Assembly: GCA_052426225.1 (NCBI GenBank) | Contig: JBNJNM010000008.1 | Span: forward strand, 1,922,001 to 1,986,000 | Origin: Zancudomyces culisetae HAW-14-8 | Taxonomy: Eukaryota; Fungi; Kickxellomycota | Reading direction: 5' to 3' | DNA: 64,000 bases | Shown here: one piece after another, positions 58,630-64,000 of the stretch | Layout: each line of letters begins with the position of its first letter | Numbering within the stretch: position 1 is the first letter of the stretch | Notes under the pieces: model-generated | The model's database searches: none | What the model saw: the letters and a program-made list of their open reading frames with translations, nothing else | Told to the model about the DNA's origin: nothing | Translations under genes and position numbers: made by a program

Positions 58630-61600
58630 GGTTGTTTGTTATAATCATTCGTTAAATAATCGATTCTATTCTGGTCAATCCTGTCTCCTTTTCTCTCTTA
58701 TGCTGTTCATGAGTATCTGTAGAAATGTTTTTAACTTAAATTGCTAGGGATTTTTTTACCATTCGTCGAAGATTCTATTAAAGAATAAATAAAATGTGAG
58801 GGATATGTTGATTATTGAAAAGCTTCAGCAAAGGTGGACTAGTTAGGCTATCTTTGGCTTTCTAAATAGCTTTTACAGCCTCGAGCAGAATTCTTAGCGA
58901 AAAATAATAGCCTATTTTTTTATAAGGCCACATTGTTTTGGCTGAAAATCATCGCATTAGGATTCAGTTGTTGATTTAATCACTTGAACTTGATAAAATA
59001 ATTGGCCGAATCAAACTTCAAAATAGGGCAGAGCTTCATTAGTAAGTGTGAAGTTCACAAACCTTGTGGAAAAACAGTGTGTATTTGCGCGTGGGCTTTG
59101 TAATAATTTTATTTTTGTTTGCTTGTTTGTTTACAGACCAGTGGCTGGGATGAGTACCAAGTTGAGTAATCGTGGTAGATTTTAAAATTATTTTTTTAGC
59201 CAATGGTTGAATACTGAGCTTACAAAAAGAATACAGGTGACAAAAACAATTGAAACGAGAAATACAGAGTAGTCAACAAAACCCACCTGAGAGAAAATTC
59301 CACACACGAGTATGGGAGGGAGGGAAGAATAAAGAAAAAGAATTAAAGTATTGATATGTGAAAAACAGTTTCAAATCCAAACACTAGCTTCCATACAGTT
59401 CGGAGATGTCTAGCGGCCTCTGGATGGTTCTCATTCGGCTACATATCACCATGGTGAACCAAGATTTTCAGTTTGTCTTGAATATAATGAAAAGTAATGC
59501 CACAATACCTGAGAAATACAAAAAAAGTAGTTTAATTTTGTATGCAGAGTAAAGAGAAGTGCAACGAGTACCAAGTAATAAGTCTTGCATGTATCTAACC
59601 CTGAAGATTATATTTGCTTCTTCAAGGTTGTTTTTTGATTACTCTGGTCTCAAATTAATCATTTAGTAATTGTTTAAAGTATTCAAACCATCAGTAATTA
59701 TACACTTTGAGACATTTATAATAAAATCAACTACAATTACCAAGTTTCAGTAAATATATTGCATCAAGTAGTCTATACTATTTAAATGATTTTAATTTAT
59801 AGTGTTTGCTTTTCGATAAAACAAAAATAACTAGGATATTTTAACAATTAAATGTATTTTTGGTTTTCATTAAAAATTGACTATTTAGCGTTAATAAATG
59901 ACCAAATAACAAAAGTAATACAATATCATGTTATTAAAGTACTACAGCTTGGCTCAAGACTTTTCTAAAGACTATTTTGGGTTATAACCAAGCCTATTAT
60001 GAGATATAGTAGAAAGATTATACACTAAAAAAATTAGATTTCTGATAAAGAACGCAGAAATTTCTTGTTAAGTTATGAAGCTGATAGCATAGTATAATAT
60101 AGACTTGACAGTATAGTGGAGGAAACGATGCGTTTAGAAGTAGAGACGAGATTTGTTTTATTTCAAAATAGTATTTTTAGTCGGTAGTACCAATCGATAA
60201 TGTTTTTATATCTGCTATTTATTACTAGTTGCATTGTTCTGCTTCTCAAATGACTAGTTTACTTGAATACAAGATAATATTTATACAAATTAAAACAAAA
60301 AAAACTAGTAAAAAATAAATTAGTTATATTATATTGTAAAAAGTTTTAAAAAAATGTCGTATAGAAATACGATTAGAAGGATAAGGGGAATTAGTCCCCG
60401 GTTTTATTTAAGTTGTTTTTAGTTATATTTATATGTTTAGATTGGACCTTTTTCCCCTTGTGGTTTTGTCCAATGGTTTTTTATTAGTTAGTTATTTTAG
60501 TTTAATTAGTCAAATATTTGGGGGTTAAATGAAGCTCCCACTTGGAAGAAAAAATAAAATCATCTTTATTCACAATTAGAAAAACAGTCTATTCTAGTAA
60601 AAGTTTATTATTAGTATTATAAAATAATACGATACAGTAAACCAAATTAAAATATATAACTATACTTTTTATTCATCAAAATGTTGTATGCTTAGTTCTA
60701 TCCAAGCTAAACTATTGGATAAACAGCATACAGCTTCTCAAACACCGAATAACCACCGTTATCTCGGGTGTTCGAGCTAGTAATCTGGGATTACTAGGGT
60801 GAAATTATCACCCAAAAAGTGAGTCAATATTAAGTTTTGATTATTTTATTTTAAGTTTCTATTATATAAAGTTCTAATAAAATAGCTAGTCAGGTACTAG
60901 TATATTACTAGTAACCTCACCACAAGTTTGGTGGTTTTATCTTTTTATTTTTAAAAGTTATTCATTAAATAAAATACAAATTAGCTCTAAAATACTTGAT
61001 TTTACTCTATATAATTGAAATTTGTGATTTGAGCAAAAACCTACCTAAAACCAAAAAAAAACATAGGTAGTGAAGCGTAACACAATTTTCAAAGGGTATC
61101 AGAAAGGTATCAGAGTCTAATTTTTGGACCAAAATTAATTGTTTTGCACACCAAATTTTAGGAGTTGGGCGTAATTTTACCCAGTTTTATCGCATTTATT
61201 GAAGTAATAAATACATAAAACTAAATTAAATATAAGCTAAAAAGGTAGGGTTGACTGGTTAAATAAAGTAAAACTTATTCCAGTAACAATCCCCCTCTAT
61301 TAGCAGAACTTTTTGTAGGTTTAGTTGCGGAAATTTCCTGAGAAATTTTCTGCAAACTAAAATTACAACAAAATGTCGTATAGTACAATAGTACTATGTT
61401 TTAGTTTAGTTTTGTTTATTTTAGTATATTTTTTAGTTCAATTTTATAAAGTTATTTTAGATAGGTTTTATTGGCTAAAATTACGTAAAGGAAAAACAAT
61501 GAAAATTGAATCCCTTTAATCGTAATTAGTTTTTATTTAAGGTTTGGTAGAGTTTTTGTGAGAGTTTTATCTATCAGATTTTGTGGTTCACATTAATAAA

Positions 61601-62110
61601 TATTAGATTCTAATCACTCAATATATCAGTACAAGTTAATCTTTAAGTGGTATTAGTTATCAAGGATAATACTTACTTAGAGTTACAAATTATATTGTTT
61701 TTACATTAGGTATAAATAAAATTTCTTTATTATACGACAAAAAATGTCGTATAATATTTTATACTTTATAAAATTAGTGTATGGAAATTGAAGAAATTCA
61801 ATGGAAATACGTAATCAAAATTATTTTAGAAATTGGACTCTTTTTTCCTTGGCAATTTTTGTTAGGTTTTTTTAGTGAGAAATTTCGATAGTAAGTTTTG
61901 GTTCTTATCTTATCTTTTTAGAAAATAAACACATATACTAAGAGTTTGCAGTATTTAGCCATTAGTAGATATTTTTAAGATCATTATAACGGATTAAGTG
62001 AGCCCATTAATCGAAGCCACAAGTAGATTCTACGCCACTTATATCCCTAAAAACCAACATAACTATTAAATAAACGGATTTTCTATATAAATATACAAAT
62101 TCGTTAACAG

Positions 62111-62127
62111 TGGTGATCCAGCCAGGA
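62111..62127 (+). promoter_or_regulatory. Primer-binding site, probably for tRNA-Arg
   Basis: TGGTGATCCAGCCAGGA is the complement of UCCUGGCUGGAUCA-CCA, which resembles the 3' end of eukaryotic tRNA-Arg(ACG) as recalled. Confidence 0.75.
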
Positions 62128-62174
62128 CATAGGGTCCTTAAGAAAAAACCTATTATGCAGATTAAAAAAAAAAA

Positions 62175-64000
62175 ATGAATTCTATAGAGAAATTTAGTGC
62201 CGCTACAATCGACGATCCAAAAGAGTGGATCAAAGGATTCAGGCTATTCTTTAAACTAAACAGATATGACGAGGAGGATGGAATAGATTTACTTCAGTTC
62301 TATCTCGGTAACCAAGAAAAGATTTGGTATTTGAGAAACAGAAAAAAGTTTACAAACTGGGAAGAGTTAAAGAAGCTATTTATGGAGAGGTTTGTCAGTA
62401 AGACATCAGATCATAAGGCTATAGAGAAGTTGAAGAATATTAACCAGCAAGATTTTGACTCCACAGACGAGTTCGTTTTTGCTTTGGAATTGGCACTATC
62501 TAAGTGCAGTATAAATGAAGAAGCACAAAAAGTAAATTGGTTAATCAGTGCGGCAAGCCCTAGAAGTCGGTCAAGAATTTTGGAATCTGAATCGCGCGAA
62601 TGGGACAAAGTAGTTAGTTTAATCACTACTAGTTTCGAACCTTCGGCAGACCGCCGCAATTCAGACGTGCCACGAGATAGCAATAACAACCAGTATCGCA
62701 CACAAGGAACAGGAAAGTCTATAAAGGAAATGACGGAGCAAAAAATTGGTTATAATGAAATGTTATCAAAGATGGAAGAGTGGAGTGTGAATATTCTGAC
62801 TAAGGTAGAGGAAGTAGTAGAGAAAAAAGTGGACAAGCTACTTAGTGAAAGGGTTTACCAGCGTCAGCAAAGAACTCCATATTGCACCAACTGTAAGGTT
62901 TCAGGCCACTATAGACACCAATGCACTTCCGCTACTCCTAGCAAACTGGATAATAACCAACCTAAAAAAGAACTTAACACTATTGAAGTTGTTTCAGATA
63001 ATGAAGTAGATAATGATTTGTATTTGGTACAAAGACCTAAGCCAAATAAACAGGTAAACAAACCATATTCAAAAAATAAAACTTTAGTAGATAAAAAATT
63101 ACCTGAAGTGAATAAACCTACTACAGTAAATAAAACAATAAAGTATGTTAAAATGGAGGAAGATAACGATATAAAAATGAATACAGAGAGTTCAGTGACA
63201 AAGCAAGTTGAAAACAGTACAAATAAAAAAGTAAAGTATGGCACTCGAATTTCAGAAAACATAACTCCATTCAACATACAAGACGATTTAAACCAATATT
63301 ATCCAAAAATCAGTTTAGCACAACTTTTAGACGCATCCCCAACACTCAGTTCAGAATTAAGTGCTCTGTGTAAAAAGGTTAAAAAACTAGATATAAATGA
63401 AATCAGAGTACTCCCTCAGAAAATTAGCAATTGTCGAGTGCTAGTTTCAGTTTTTAACAGGAAATACTGGGCAGTGGTGGACACAGGTGCTGCGTGCTCA
63501 GTGACTACACCAGCTATAGCAGAACAATGGGGTTTGGAGCCAAATGAGTGGACTAGACAGGTGTTGGTGACAGCTGACGGAAGTAGACATTTGACAGGAG
63601 GTGTACTTAATAGAGTCCCTATAGTAATTGGAAATCACACTTTTGAAGCCGAGTTTATTGTAATGAACCGTAAAGATAATACTTTAATTTTAGGCAACGA
63701 CTGGCTCTATCGACATCATGCAGTTCTTGATCCTCGTAGTGGCGAGTTAAAAATGAATACTTACTCCGAACTTTTGATAGTACCAATGAAGTCTTTAGCC
63801 GAGAAGTCTGAAAGTATTACGTTAGACTCAGAACTGTACTTACTGTTAAAGGCAGATGAAGTAATAGACTTGAAGAACGCATTTAGCGATCCACGTTTAA
63901 CAGAGTTAAAAGAATTAAATAAAGATTTATTTGTTAGTGACATAGGTGAATTAACACAAACAGATACAACCGAACATCGAATTGAATTAACGGATAACAC
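62175..64000 (+). CDS. Retrotransposon Gag-Pol polyprotein, partial (capsid, CCHC knuckle, aspartic protease, start of the RT linker)
   Basis: Open from ATG 62175 to the window end: DPKEWIKGF..WY..WEELKKLFMERF, CTNCKVSGHYRHQC, ISLAQLLDASP, AVVDTGAACS, ILGNDWL, EHRIEL. Confidence 0.92.
   Translation, partial: MNSIEKFSAATIDDPKEWIKGFRLFFKLNRYDEEDGIDLLQFYLGNQEKIWYLRNRKKFTNWEELKKLFMERFVSKTSDHKAIEKLKNINQQDFDSTDEFVFALELALSKCSINEEAQKVNWLISAASPRSRSRILESESREWDKVVSLITTSFEPSADRRNSDVPRDSNNNQYRTQGTGKSIKEMTEQKIGYNEMLSKMEEWSVNILTKVEEVVEKKVDKLLSERVYQRQQRTPYCTNCKVSGHYRHQCTSATPSKLDNNQPKKELNTIEVVSDNEVDNDLYLVQRPKPNKQVNKPYSKNKTLVDKKLPEVNKPTTVNKTIKYVKMEEDNDIKMNTESSVTKQVENSTNKKVKYGTRISENITPFNIQDDLNQYYPKISLAQLLDASPTLSSELSALCKKVKKLDINEIRVLPQKISNCRVLVSVFNRKYWAVVDTGAACSVTTPAIAEQWGLEPNEWTRQVLVTADGSRHLTGGVLNRVPIVIGNHTFEAEFIVMNRKDNTLILGNDWLYRHHAVLDPRSGELKMNTYSELLIVPMKSLAEKSESITLDSELYLLLKADEVIDLKNAFSDPRLTELKELNKDLFVSDIGELTQTDTTEHRIELTDN

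Larger units (their letters stand above)
60066..64000 (+). mobile_element. Ty3/gypsy-type LTR retrotransposon, 5' part (putative LTR 60066-62109, PBS, gag-pro)
   Basis: TGTTAA...TTAACA inverted termini, PBS 1 nt after the 3' end, and a gag-protease ORF. The left boundary is inferred only from the 6-bp inverted terminus. Confidence 0.8.

Noticed and set aside
1-64000. CRISPR arrays, rRNA, spliceosomal snRNAs, U12-type introns
   Set aside because: None recognised by eye, and all reconstructed introns are GT-AG without the RTATCCTT donor. A covariance-model search could still find divergent RNAs.

Overview
AT-rich, intron-containing eukaryotic DNA, most likely from an early-diverging (non-Dikarya) fungus. 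A Kickxellomycotina/Harpellales-like origin is inferred from gene style, short GT-AG introns and an intron-rich cobalamin adenosyltransferase. Contents in order: a partial orphan CDS; GCN2; a Taf14/AF9-like YEATS gene whose CDS overlaps the GCN2 CDS tail-to-tail; RBA50/RPAP1; a tandem tRNA-Pro/tRNA-Cys pair 5 nt apart; GSK3; arginase; MMAB; an AreA-like GATA factor; a TLC-domain protein; an AIM25-like scramblase; RPC17; COQ3; RPA43; a Dnf1/2-like P4-ATPase; TED1; and the 5' part of a Ty3/gypsy LTR retrotransposon (about 2 kb hairpin-rich putative LTR, tRNA-Arg-type PBS, single gag-pro ORF running off the window). Exon structures were rebuilt by hand and checked for frame. Most notable: the probably dicistronic tRNA-Pro-Cys unit, an unexplained pseudoknot/multi-helix island at about 38.95-39.1 kb, the 12-nt convergent CDS overlap, the structured LTR with a repeated TGTCGTATA motif, and an AreA-like factor with an 18-residue finger loop plus an 8-Cys cluster. 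No database searches were run, so novelty claims are hypotheses.
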